Of a DNA stretch of 64,000 nucleotides, positions 40,797-53,600 are shown in pieces (the first letter of the stretch is position 1; every line of letters starts with the position of its first letter). The notes beneath the pieces are model-generated. The model worked only from the letters and a program-made list of their open reading frames with translations. It was not told the DNA's origin and ran no database searches. The position numbers and the translations under genes are program-made. This DNA is from Zootoca vivipara. Lineage: Eukaryota. The stretch is from the NCBI RefSeq assembly GCF_963506605.1, contig NC_083290.1, positions 15,748,001 to 15,812,000 of the forward strand. Reading direction: 5' to 3'.

Positions 40797-43169
40797 CAAA
40801 GTTCCTATGGGACAACTAGCTCTATGTCATTCCTACAAGCCAACAAATAAATGAAAGAGGATCCAGGTATACTGGGCAATCTGAGGAGAAAATCCACCAG
40901 TCATTGGATGGATTATGAATTATCACTGCAGTCCATTCTTCAAGACATACTGTGTATCAAAGCAGTGGTTCTCAAAAATTTTGATCCCATAAACTCATTC
41001 CCAGTGCCTCTTCCCCTATAAAAACATTATGCAGAATAGCGGTTTGTATGACCCATTAAGGAAGATAATAACACAGGAAAATGCAAAACAGTAACAATTA
41101 ATTGCACAGTTTTTCAAAATCCAATTACACCTACATTTAGTTTAATTATTCAACAAAACTGAACAGGATCCAGTGATACCAGCTTTTTGAAGTCTGATAG
41201 TCATTTATGCCTCCAGCACCACCCTGCAGCCCCCTTGCCTTTTAGGGAAGTACCCCCCGCTTTGTGTATCAGAGCAAAACTCATACCAATCAGACACCTC
41301 CTGTATTTGATGTAGGACATGATCCCACACATGGTTAATGGAATTATAAATGTTGTTGATTTCACTATGAAAGCATACCCCACTGAAATCAACAGGACTG
41401 GAAATTTAGCTGTATTGCGCTTTAATAATGCCATGGCAATGGGTGTCTTGTCATTGTCACTCTTAAAGGGCCCACTTTTGCATGTGAAAGCAACAAAGAG
41501 CCTTGTAGCACCTTAAAGACTAACCAATTTATTACAGTATGAAACTTTTGTGGACTCCCACCCATTTTTTCATATGCAGGAAGCAAAATCTTAGTTGGCA
41601 GGTATATACGGTAATGGAGAGAATAATAAGTTGGGAGTTGAAATGAGATGCAAAGATTACAGTCAGTGATAATTAGAGTTTACATGTGTCTTAAACAGGC
41701 ACACCTATTACAGTAAAGATTGCAGATAACTTTCCCAGCATCGCTAAGATGATTGTATGAATATGGGTGTCGGGATTTTTGGGCTCTCCAGTTGTTGCTT
41801 AGCTCCAACTCCCATCACCCTTGGCCATTGGCCATGCTTGGTGGGGCCGATGGGAGCTGTAGTTTAGAGACCACTGGAGGGCCAAGGTCCCCCCCCCCAC
41901 AGGGTGGCAGGCTGCAAGGAACAGGGAGTGACCATGCCACACCTTGTATTTACAAGTTGGGGGGGGGCGCAAGGGAAACTTGTTGGGACATCTTTGTTAC
42001 TTCTTTCCGGTTTGGAACTTCTCACCCTGTTCCTGGATCATGACTCCTGAGCACTGTGTCTCTTGCTGAGCCTGTACTGATAATTGCATTAATAAAGATC
42101 TCTGTCTTACTTACAAGTAAGAGTCCCTGTTTGTAAGTTTTAGGTGGCCATTGGCTCTGCTGAGAAGCCAACTCCATCAGGCTTCACTCTCTCACAGCTG
42201 TTGCCTGGCTGCAGTAGTGGCAGAGGAGGAAAACAGGCCTGCTCCATCAGTTCTGCTAAAAGACCAGCTCCATTGGACCTTCACTCCACCAACTGTCCCC
42301 CAGAAGCAGCCGCTTCAACAGGACACAGCAGAGGGAGGACAAGGAAGCATTGCAAGGCCAATCCATTAGCATTGGGCTCCTTGAATTATTTCCATTCCAG
42401 CAGCTGCTCCTTATGAGAACTTTGTAACTAAGAGCTAGTGTCTGAGGTTGCTTTCTCCCCTTTCTGCCTCCCAATTGCTTTTCCTTTCGCATTGTGTCTT
42501 TTAGAATGCAATATAACTGATCTACATAAGCAGCTCTTGGAACCTAAGAGCACTCTGCACATGTATGAAAAGCTCTTTTATTGCTTGCTAAGTCTTCCAG
42601 AGCTTAGGTTTGGCCCTGAAACTGATTCCAGAGTTCAGCTTTGTTTTGGACTTCGGACAAAACTAGATGTAATGTAGAAAATCTGTGATTGGATCTCCCA
42701 ATCTCCCTGTACCACTATTTTATTAATGATTAAAAGAATCTATAAGAGAGGGAGAATTTTAATTAGTGCTGCAGTCCCAAGGAGGGAGGCCTTTTCAACT
42801 CATTTCCCTACACCGCATCCCAAGCAAATATCAATTGTTCTCTGGCCCCCAAAAGCTGTTATTAGCCAGAGAAGGGGAGGAAGGTAGAAAACTGCGTTTT
42901 TGAATCAAATGCTTGTACAATAAGAGTCCTGCTTCTTGATCAGACCAAGGGTCAATCTAATCCAGCATCTTGTTCCTACACAGGCAGATAATTTATATAG
43001 ACAGGATTTATATACCACTTAATCATCAAAATCTCTAAGCAGTATACATAAAAATACCTCTCAGAAGTCTGGAAGCAGAACCAGAGTGCAACGGCACACT
43101 TGTGTTCCTCAGCAAGCAATATTCAGAGGCATACTGTCTCCAGAATGTGGCTAGTAGCCAATTATAGCC

Positions 43170-44025
43170 ACTGTAAATAATAATGCCCTGTGACATGTCC
43201 TCCTGAAAATCGGCTGCCCAGATAAATTTGTGAACATCCTTCGGTTCCTCCATGATATTATGACAGCAACAATCACAGATAACAATGGCTCTCAAAGTGA
43301 ACCATTTACAGCAGGATGAGGTGTTAAACAGGGATGTGTTATCGCCACAACTCTTATTTATTATTTTCATTGCTATGATCCTACACATTGTTGAAGGGAA
43401 ACTCCCCACCGGGGTAGATATCATATATCGAACAGATGGAAAGCTCTTTAACTTAAGTAGGCCATCTCCAACTCCTCAAAAGATTCCATCAACGGTGTCT
43501 CCAAAAAATTTTACATATCACTTGAGAAGACAGGTGAACTAATGTGAAGAAGCAAAGATCACCAATGTTGAAGCAATGATTCTTCAACATCAACTTCATT
43601 GGACTGGTCATGTTGTTCAGATGCCTGATTATCATCTTTCAAAGCAACTACTCTATTCCGAACTTAAAAATGGAAAGCGTAATTTTGGTGGTCAATAAAG
43701 GAGGTTTAAAGACTCTCTCAAGGCCTAATCTAAACAAATGTAGTATAAACACCGACAATTGGAAAACACTGGCCTGTGAGCCTTTACCCAAGGTGTCATG
43801 GATTTTGAAGACTCTCGAATTCAGGATGAAAGGGAGAAAAGAACTAAGAGGAAGCCATGTTTGGCAAGCCCTCTCCATGATCAACTCCCACCCGGAAACC
43901 TATGTCCCCACTGTGGAAAGAGGTGTGGATCCAGAACTGGCCTCCACAGTCACCTATGGACACGCCGTTAAGACCATGTTCATGGAAGACAATCTTACTT
44001 GGCTACGAGTGATCACTAAAGAAGA
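43170..44025 (+). mobile_element. Degraded RTE-clade LINE fragment
   Basis: Translations LPTGVDIIYRTDGKLFNLSR and LSPQLLFIIFIAMIL (RT-like), a C-terminal CPHCG-like stretch and a gaaga-type tail. Confidence 0.75.
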
Positions 44026-44336
44026 TAACCCTTTTCTCCATGAATTTGTCCAATCCTGCTTTAAAGCCATCAAGTTGGTGGTCATCACTGCCTCCTGCAA
44101 GAGTGGGTTCGTTCCATAGTTCAGCTATGTGCTGCATGTATAAAGACTTCATCTGGTCTGTTCTAAATCTTCCAACATTCAGCTTCATTGAATGGCCCCA
44201 TCCCTCTAGCATTATAAGAGAGGGATATGATGTTCTGACCAAGGGAGTGTTCACATTAGCAACCTAGAGGGCACTGATGTTTTTCCCTATGCAAAAAGAG
44301 ATGAATGGCTTAAGGACTACAACTGGTATGAATCAC

Positions 44337-44485
44337 AGAATCATAACCTTGTAGAGTTAGAAAATATTGGGAGGGTCATCTAGTCCAACCCCTGCAATTC
44401 AGTAATCTTTTGCCCAACATAAGGCTCAAACCCACGGCCCTGAGATTATAGTCTCATGCTCAATCTGCCTATTGGGCTATTCCAG
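44337..44485 (-). mobile_element. tRNA-derived SINE with CR1-like tail
   Basis: Reverse strand has a tRNA-like head and a ggggttggactagatgacc tail. Confidence 0.55.
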
Positions 44486-45738
44486 CAATCATGAAGGTGG
44501 TTTGAGAAAAAGAGCCTCAAACAGTAGTATCTTATAACAACCTGCATTTTGGACAACCTCATGTGAACATACAGTACATTAAAAACCCAGCACTGGAAGC
44601 GCAGTAAGTGCGCAGTAAACCAAGTATGAACACAAACTTCCTGACTGGGTATGGCTGCATTGCCCTCTACTGGTTGGCTATACACACAGGTCAGATAAAC
44701 CCAGTACCCATCATAGACAAAGTATGTGGGGGCAGTTTGCAGATTGGGAGGGCAAGGAAGATTTAGGAAAACATCAACCACATCCTGGAAAAAAAATATT
44801 CCTTCTAAGTTAGTCAAACATCGCAACTGCAATCATGTTGCCTCAGAATGAGGCCCAACTGAATGGCAATGAATCTAAGTTAATTTTACAAAGTTTTTAT
44901 CACAGCTGTGACTAACCTGTGGACTTCCAGACACTAACTCCCCTCACCTCCAGCCAACATGACCAATGATTAAGAAAAATGGTCCAACAGTTCCTGGAGA
45001 GCCATAGGATTCCCATTCCTGATCCATGGGCATAACAACAGTAGCCAACTTTACAGGGTTGCTTATTTATTGGAGCCTTTACACAAACAAAGGCAGAAAA
45101 CAGAAGGAATAAATATCAATAAAAATGTAACCAATGTAACTTACTGAAAAGTTAGGAGGAGAGATTTTGGTACCTGTTTCTTTTCTTGAAGCACATCACA
45201 CCTTGAAGAGGGACCACAATGGAATTCTAAGCTGAAAGTACACAGGAAATTGCTAAAAAGGTGTACACTGACACCTGCTATAGAAAAGTTGAATATTACT
45301 TTATGAGATATTAAATATTAATATCTGCTGTGAAATCACATCTCTAAAATATCACACCCTCTGCTAGTGACCTCAGATGGTGAGAGCTGACACGACTGGT
45401 GCCAAAATGGGACTATTAAGGCCACATCCACACCCTACATTTAAAGCAATCAACTTCCTCCCAAAGAATCCTGAAATTTATCAATTGGAGACTACTATTC
45501 CCAGCACCCTTAACAAACTATAGTTCCCATGATTCTTTGGGGTAAAGTATGCAGCTGGATCAGGCCACAGGGGGCCCATCTAGTCCAATATCCTGTTCTC
45601 ACAGTGGCCAACCAGATGCCTGTGGGAAACCTGCAAGCAGGTCCTCAGCACAAGAGCCCTCTCCCATCCTGTGGTTTCCAGAAACTGGTATTCAGAAGCA
45701 TTGATCCCTCCAACAGTGGAGGCAGAGAAGAACCATTG

Positions 45739-46161
45739 CATACCCTCCAACTTTTCTTTGATGAAAATATCCCATTCCATAATGATAATTTTACTATTCA
45801 TAGCCCACACATCTTACTGGGTTGCCCCAACCACTTCATAGCTTTCAAGTTCTCCCTTTTTTTAAGGGAAATTCCCTTATGCTGAATACGCTTCCTCGCG
45901 AGAAAAGGGAAAACTTGACAGCTATGCTTCCAACATATATAAAAATACAATAAAACATTAAACCTTTTAAAAAACCTTCCCTATACAGGATTGCCTTCAG
46001 ACGGCTCGGGGGTCGGATAACTCCATACCTTCCCACATTTCTCCAATGAAAATAGGAGCATCCTAGGGAAAAGTGGGACATTCTGGGATCAAATCAGAAA
46101 CCGGGACAGTTCATCTAAAACAGGGACGTCCCTGGAAAATAGGGACACTTGGGAGGATCTG
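45739..46161. mobile_element. MITE with 6-bp TSD containing a nested 90-bp MITE
   Basis: Termini cataccctccaac / ttgggaggatctg; TSD ccattg; nested copy at 45837-45926. Confidence 0.7.
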
Positions 46162-46220
46162 CCATTGTGGCTAGAAGCCCTTTCCTCCATGATTTTGTCC
46201 AGTCCTCTTTTAAAGCCATC

Positions 46221-46608
46221 CATGGGCGTACCCAGGATCAAAACTAGGGGGGGGGCAAGGGGAGGGGCCAAGGCACGGAAGGGGAGGGGCCACAAAGTGG
46301 GCGGGAACGGCGAACTCGCGCTCCGCCGGGCTGTGCCCCTCCCTAGCAGCAGGGCTGGTGGGCGGAGGCGGAGCCCAGCCCAGCGGAGCGCGAGTTCGGC
46401 GTTCCCGCCCACCGCGCCGCGCTCCCTGGTTCCCCGCCGCGCTTGGCCTTGCCTGAGGGCGCGCCGGGGAGCTGGAGGGAGGGTGCGGCGCGGTGCGGCG
46501 GGAATGGCGAACTCGCGCTCCGCCGGGCTGTGCTCCGCCTCTGCCCACCAGCCCTGCTTCTAGAGTAGGGCAGCTGCCCTAACTTGCCGCATGGTGGGTA
46601 CGCCCTTG
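46221..46608. mobile_element. GC/CpG-rich hAT-like non-autonomous element
   Basis: TIR catgggcgtaccca / tgggtacgcccttg; 8-bp TSD aagccatc; internal direct and inverted repeats. Confidence 0.85.
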
Positions 46609-47394
46609 AAGCCATCCAGGCTGGTGGCCATCACCACCTCCTGTTGGAGCGACTTCCATAGTTTAACTCTGCTGCCGCATGAAAAAGTTTGCAATTAATT
46701 TTATATGCCTTCACAATGAACTGCAAGGCAGAAACATTTTAAGTAAATCTATAAAATTAGAAATGCTGTTGTGAGTCCCTTTGGAGACCCTGCTCAACAA
46801 TCAGGATGCAAATTTAACTGATAAAGAAAGCCAGATGGAAAAGTTAAAATATACATACGTACCCTTGATCTAAAATGACACAAGTTGTTTGGACTGCTCC
46901 TGAGTTTCACTGCTCTCAATTATTTGGTATTTTGTTGTGTTTTTACTTATAAGAGAACAAGTGGGACACGAAGAATTGCAAATAAATAAATAAAATTAGA
47001 CATATAACCCGTAATTCTAGTATTTAATCTACGTAGGATTTAAAAAGTGTTACGTATTACACCAATACAATACTTTATATAACATATTATGTAGTAATAT
47101 GCACAACTAATTATAGACACAGCATGACTACTGTCTATAATCTATGAGATACTATATATTAAATCATTATGCTATACTGTACATATATTAGTGTATTTTA
47201 TTTAAAAACTTTTATCAGTACGATGTTTTATATCTATCTGTATCTCTATCTAAACATAGGTTAAAAATAAATACTAGTGCTATGAATTATTTATATTATT
47301 TATATTAAATTATTTAGCTCCTTAAACGGAAACACTTAATTTGCCTCAGAGTAAGAAATCATGAATATAACATGAGGCGCTTATGCATATTCAT

Positions 47395-47675
47395 AGCCTA
47401 GTTTGCCAACGCCGGGGCTGAGGCCTGCCACGATTTTGCATAGCAACCGTCTCTAACTGCCATCCAGGCTGCCCCCGTTTGCGGCCGAGGCGGCTTCCTC
47501 CTGAGCGACGGGTACGCCGGACCAATGGAAGCTGAGAGGCGGGCCCCCGAAACGGCGGAGTATTCTAGAAGGGGCTGGGACGCCACAATCCCCGCCCTGT
47601 CGGCGCCTGCGCATGCGCGGGGACGCCCCTTTCTCTTATCACTCCCTTTCCCTTTCCTCGAGGCAGGCGGCCGAC
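47395..47675. promoter_or_regulatory. CpG-island promoter of CCT6A, probably bidirectional with PSPH
   Basis: CCAAT at 47522, HSE-like GAGtaTTCtaGAA at 47558-47570, GC boxes and NRF1 TGCGCATGCGC at 47608-47618; head-to-head gene arrangement. Confidence 0.75.
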
Positions 47676-50600
47676 ATGGCGGTGAAGGCGCTGAACCCCA
47701 AGGCCGAGGTGGCGAGGGCCCAGGCGGCTCTGGCCGTCAACATCAGCGCGGCGCGGGGCCTGCAGGACGTGCTCAGGACCAACCTCGGCCCTAAAGGAAC
47801 CATGAAGATGTGAGGAGAGGGGAAGAATTGGGGAGATGGGGGAGGCCGGTGGGCGCGCAGGGGGGGGAGGGGGAAGGAGCGTGGATGATGGGATGGGAGG
47901 GGCCACATAGATCTCCGCCCACCCCCGTGGCGCTCGAGGGCGGAAATGGCGGCGCGTGCGCAGAGCGCGCCAGTGAGTCCCCAAGCCGGCTACGGGCTCT
48001 AGACCAGCGTGTGCATGTGTACAATGACTCGGTTGTATCCCGGGTTAGCCCTAATCGGAGTAGACCAGGCATCCCCAAACTGCGGCCCTCCAGATGTTTT
48101 GGCCTACAACTCCCATGATCCCTAGCTAACAGGACCAGTGGTCAGGGATGATGGGAATTGTAGTCCAAAACATCTGGAGGGCCGAAGTTTGGGGATGCCT
48201 GGAGTAGACCCATTGAATTAAGTTGTTTTAAATACTATGCTTTAATGTTGTAATCCGCCCAGGGATCTTAGGGTGAAGAGCGGGTAATAAATAAAAATAG
48301 TAATAATGATGACACAACTAGATATCAGACTCATCATTAATGTTATTATTATTACCCTGTTTCTCATATTTTAAGACATACCCATAAAATAAGCCATAGC
48401 AGGATTTTTAAGCATTCAAGGAATATAAGCCATACCCCCAAAATAAGACATAGTGATAGGCGCAGCAGCAATGCCGGCTGTGGCAGGAGGAGGAGGAAAA
48501 AAATAAGACATCCCTTGAAAATAAGCCATAGTGTGTTTTTTTGAGGAAAAAATAAATATAAGACATGTCTTATAATATGAGAAACACGGTATTGATCGGT
48601 TCCTAACCTCCCCCTACCCTCGAAATGTTGAACTGTAATACTATGGCATCTGCCACTATCCGGGTGTGGCTGTGTGTATGAGGTGAAGCAGAGTCAGGCC
48701 ATTAGCCTACCTGGCTCTGTATTGCCCACAACAGCAGTGAATAGCTTTCCATATGATGGATTTGCTTAAGATTTTTACTACCTAGCATTGAGATCTGTCA
48801 GCTAGAGCCAGAACAAAATAATGGAGCAGGGTGCCTCTGAGCATGTGCTCAGCCAAAGAATTTGTTTTAGTACCTCAGGCTGATCTCATCTTGGCCATCC
48901 ATTCACAATTGCAAACCTGGTCTTGGTGAGCTGCTGCCATTTGAATGAGACAATAGTGGGCTTGATGCATCCATAATCCGACTTGACCATATGTGATGGT
49001 AATTCACATGTGACAAGAGTTTCCTCTCTTGCACAACTACAAAGAGTACTGGTGTCATCTGTTGTTGTCTGGTAAGGCACAGCAGCTACAAAGCTCTAAC
49101 CAGCCCCTGTCCCCAGCAAGAGGAGGCTGGGACCAGAGGGTTGATAGATGTGCTCTGTCCCCCACAGGCTTGTGTCTGGCGCTGGAGATATCAAACTTAC
49201 CAAAGATGGCAATGTCTTGCTTCACGAGATGGTGAGTTCTTCCCTCCCCTGGAGTCCACTAAGAACATAACATTGGCATAATCTGGAGGTTTGTGGTGGT
49301 AACTGTAGGCACGAAAAATTGGCAGCAGGTTGAACATAACTGCCCATCAGAGGCTTATAACTTGGAAGAGAATAGGCAACCTTAAAACCAAGAGGTGTAT
49401 CCAACTACCAGTAAGTCCGCAGAGTGCACCCATTTAAATTGATAATCTTGACTTGGTTCCATTGATACCAGTAACTTAATTGCATATGACTTTAGTTGGG
49501 TACAACCCCAGATGTCTAGTCCAGCCTTTCAGTTGCTGTTGAGTTCTGGCTCCCATCGGCCACAGCCACCATGGTCAACAGTTGGGGATGATGATGGGGA
49601 TCCCAACAATAACTGGAAGGCTCCTCCAGATTAGGGAAGGGCAGGATCAATCTTAGTGTGTGTCTTTTTCTTTTCTTTGAAACATAGTTTTTATTCATTT
49701 TCCTCTTTCAACTGTTTAACATGGTTGTATTGGGATATATCTTTGTTTACCTCAGAGCATATGAAAATTAACATGCAGTTTTGAAGTGACTGTTCACCAT
49801 CAAAGCCCAAACCTTCTCTGGTTCGGATCATGCATAAGATGCCGAAAATACCTATGGAAGGTTCAGTGTTGGGCTGATGGGAAAGCACACTGGTGAGGGA
49901 TAACTCTTTTGGCTATTGCTCCCCTTGTACCTTGCAGCAAATCCAGCACCCGACAGCCTCCTTGATTGCCAAAGTAGCGACAGCACAGGATGACATCACT
50001 GGTGACGGGACCACTTCCAATGTTCTCATCATTGGGGAATTGCTCAAGCAGGCTGATCTCTACATTTCAGAGGTGTGTGGCAGTTTAGCTTACTTTTTTA
50101 TTTGCCCTATGCAGGGTTTTTTTCAAGGTGCTTGGCTACTCTTTAGTTTCAGATTAAATGAGCTCACTTGTGAGGTTTCATCATTTTAGTGATGCTGGTT
50201 CAAGCCTTTGGATGAAGGTGAAATGGATGATACAGGAGGAATTTCTCTTGTAGTCTCTGACACTAGAATGTATATTTTTGGAAGGGGTGGAGCTCATCTG
50301 CCTGGCATCTTTACTGCAGAGCTGGACTTCTATGTTTCTTTAGACCAGTGTTTCTCAACCAGTGTGCCTCCAGATGTTTTGGGACTACAACTCCCATCAT
50401 CCCTAGCTAGCAAGACCAGTGGTCAGGAATGATGGGAGTTGTAGTCCCAAAACATCTGGAGGCACACTGGTTGAGAAACACTGCTTTAGACTAGGGGCCG
50501 ATGGGAGGTGTAGTCCAAAACAGCTGAAGGGCAGCAGTTTGGGGGAGGCTGCTTTCTTCATACATCTGCTTCTTTGTGGTGTAATCAACAGTTGGCTGTG

Positions 50601-53600
50601 TGAAAATGTGTGGAGCCTTCAAATCCCATTGCACGGTGAACACCCAAGTGAGCTCTGTAGTTCCCTTGGCATAACTCTGTGCTAGAGTAACCTGTGCTTT
50701 ACCCTCTGCATTGGAAGGAACATATTTCCTTTCAAATGTATTCAAAAGGGCAGGACAGTTGATCCTTGGGAGCAGACTTATTCCGTGATGAAAAATTGAC
50801 CAGATTCTTGCAGGGGAAACTTTTTACGGCCTTCACAGATTTAAAGGCAGGTTTTGATTCTGATCTCCAGGGTAAAGTTATGGCAGAAGTTGGATGATGC
50901 TCTTGTGGAAGGCTTCTTTCCCTATTAAGGTTTTAAGGATATACTCATTACCCGGGGAGTTAGGAAAGGATGTATATTTTTGTCCCTACTCCATTCAATC
51001 CTTTTTTAAAATCATCTTGTGGATCTGTTACGTTGTGAGATTCCAGTATGGTTGATGCTTCCCCTCCCTTTGCTCAGTAGTGCATGACTGAAAATATTGA
51101 GAGGGTGATGGAAGTGTGCACTAATTTTTTAATTGTTTGCTTTGATGTTAGGGTTTGCACCCTCGAATAGTCACAGAAGGGTTTGAAGCTGCCAAGGAAA
51201 AAGCCCTCCAGGTTTTGGAGCAAGTCAAAGTGGTCAAGGAAATGGATCGGGAGACTCTCCTAGATGTGGCCCGGACCTCCCTCCGCACAAAGGTCCACGC
51301 TGAGCTTGCCGATATCCTTACAGAGGTGAGCATTCAAGAGACCTTTTTGTTTTCCATTTCAGGAGAAAAAAAGGCGAGCTTTCATGTTTTGATCAGGAGG
51401 AGAGCAGTAGTGGAGGCTGGTCCATTAGGGTGACGGGGGGTGGGGTGTTGCTCCACCAGCCTCTACTCAGCTTGGCCACACACCTGCCAGCCTTCTTACC
51501 TGCAGCCAATCAGGAGGTGGCTCTGCCTCTCATTGCCTCTGGCTCCACCTACCATTGGTGTTCTGGACTTCCTCCCAATCTTATGGCCACCAGCTCCCAC
51601 TGCATTAGCAGAGGGTAGATATTTGGGGAGAGGCTTGCTAGGTCTTGGAGTGGCCTTTGATGGGGGCTGCTTTTTCTCTCTTTCAAGGCCGTCGTAGATG
51701 CCATTCTGGCCATCAGAAAACCAGACGAACCAATAGATCTGTACATGGTGGAGATAATGGAGATGAAGCACAAATCTGAAACAGACACAGCGTAGGTACA
51801 ATGGAAGGGGTCTGTTCTTTAAATCGGTCTTTACATTTCTTCTTCCACTGCCTTCATACTGGAAATCACACAGCTGCCACTGTGTTGCATTTTCTGCTGC
51901 TGAGGAGATGGCAACGTGTTTAACTCTTTCCATGCGGCAAAGAGACAGAAGGCATATATGCCGTGGCTAGCAGCCTCCCCTTTGTCTGTGCCAAGGATGC
52001 CATTCTCCAAGTGGTCTCAGTTAGAGGTTCTGAGCTGTGAGAGTCAAGCTGGCATAAGCTTGAGGGCATGGATGAATTCTGTGTTGGCTTTGACAGTGGC
52101 CAATGGAGTCAGACACCATGCAAAATGAAAGTTCCTGCTGTTGACACTCCTAGCGGTGTGCTGCATATTCGGTAGCCTGCCCAGGTCTGGAATGGATACA
52201 AGTCTAAATTGTTTGCCACATATTAGGAGTCAGGATGGTAGTAGAAAGCAGGTGGCTGCGCATAGGATAAACAGGACACAAAGATTCAGTGATTCAATGA
52301 TTCAAACACAGAGTTGGAAGGGACCCTAAGTCTTTGTTCCTACCTAGGTATTTGGTGAAGTTGGAAATACTAATTGTTGTTGCTGTAGTTTTGCATTTTT
52401 ACAATAGAATTGTTTAGCTGTTTATTGGTATTTAAATTATTTTGTAGTTAGTGTGTATTGTTTTCCTCTGTTTGTTTTTATTCTGTGTTTCCCCACTCTG
52501 GGATTGGAAACATTCAGAGAAGAGCAAGAAAGATTTTTTTTTGGGGGGGGGTCCTTTGTAATATGGCTTTTCCTTAGACCAGCAGAATTAAATGTAAAAT
52601 TAATTAACCTAGGACAAAATTCTCAGTTAAATATCGTAATACGTGAAATAAAATAAAAACTGCTTCTTAACAGGCTGATCAGGGGACTTGTCTTGGATCA
52701 CGGTGCTCGCCATCCAGACATGAAGAAGAGAGCTGAAGATGCTTACATTCTCACTTGCAATGTATCACTAGAATATGAAAAAACGTACGTATGTGATGAG
52801 GGTGGCAAGGTTAATTGGCTGTAGGCTGGTCTGGTCTTCACATTCATGGGAGGAGATTTTTGGTATCACCTGAGTGTGTTGGGCCTGAGTGTGTTTCCAC
52901 CTATGTGCTTACTGTGTTGAGTTTCCAATTACGTTTTTTTCTGTTCGCAGAGAGGTGAATTCTGGATTTTTCTATAAAAGCGCAGAAGAAAGAGAGAAGC
53001 TAGTTAAAGCGGAACGGAAGTTCATTGAAGATAGAGTGGCTAAAATAATAGACTTGAAAAGAACTGTGGTTGGAGAGACAAATAAAGGTTTTGTAGTAAT
53101 CAACCAAAAGGTGAGAGAGTTGGAGTGAGGCGCTCAGAATTGATTGGGACAGTTTTCTAAGAATAGCCTTCTCATTGCATTAGTTGCCTTTCAAACTACA
53201 ATCTGTAACATTTCAAAATAAGATTAATTTCTATTTTTTTCAGGGGATTGACCCTTTTTCCCTAGATGCTCTTGCAAAAGAAGGAATCGTCGCTTTGCGC
53301 AGAGCAAAACGAAGGAACATGGAGAGGTCAGTTTCTGGAAGGGTTGGAGGAAATATCTCGGGCACCAGTTTTATAAAGTTCATAAGATTTATCTACTACT
53401 TGATTGTGCAAGTTCTCAAAGCAATTTACAAAAAGAATAAAACAATAAGATTTTTTTTAGTAAAAATGAAACAATAAAAAAATTAAAATCAATAGTAAAC
53501 TAAAAACATCAGCATTCTAAATATTTGGTAAGGCTTGTGTAAATAAAAATGTTTTTAGCAGGTGCCAAGAAGACAGTACAGGCACCTGCTGGATGTCAGC

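Noticed and set aside
43610-44119. 169-aa ORF
   Set aside because: Lies within a degraded RTE LINE fragment.
46089-46615. Overlapping Arg/Gly/Ala-rich ORFs
   Set aside because: Artefact of a GC-rich transposon lacking stop codons.
50785-50863. C box GTGATGA and D box CTGA pair
   Set aside because: No terminal stem or recognisable guide, and the intron already hosts SNORA22.
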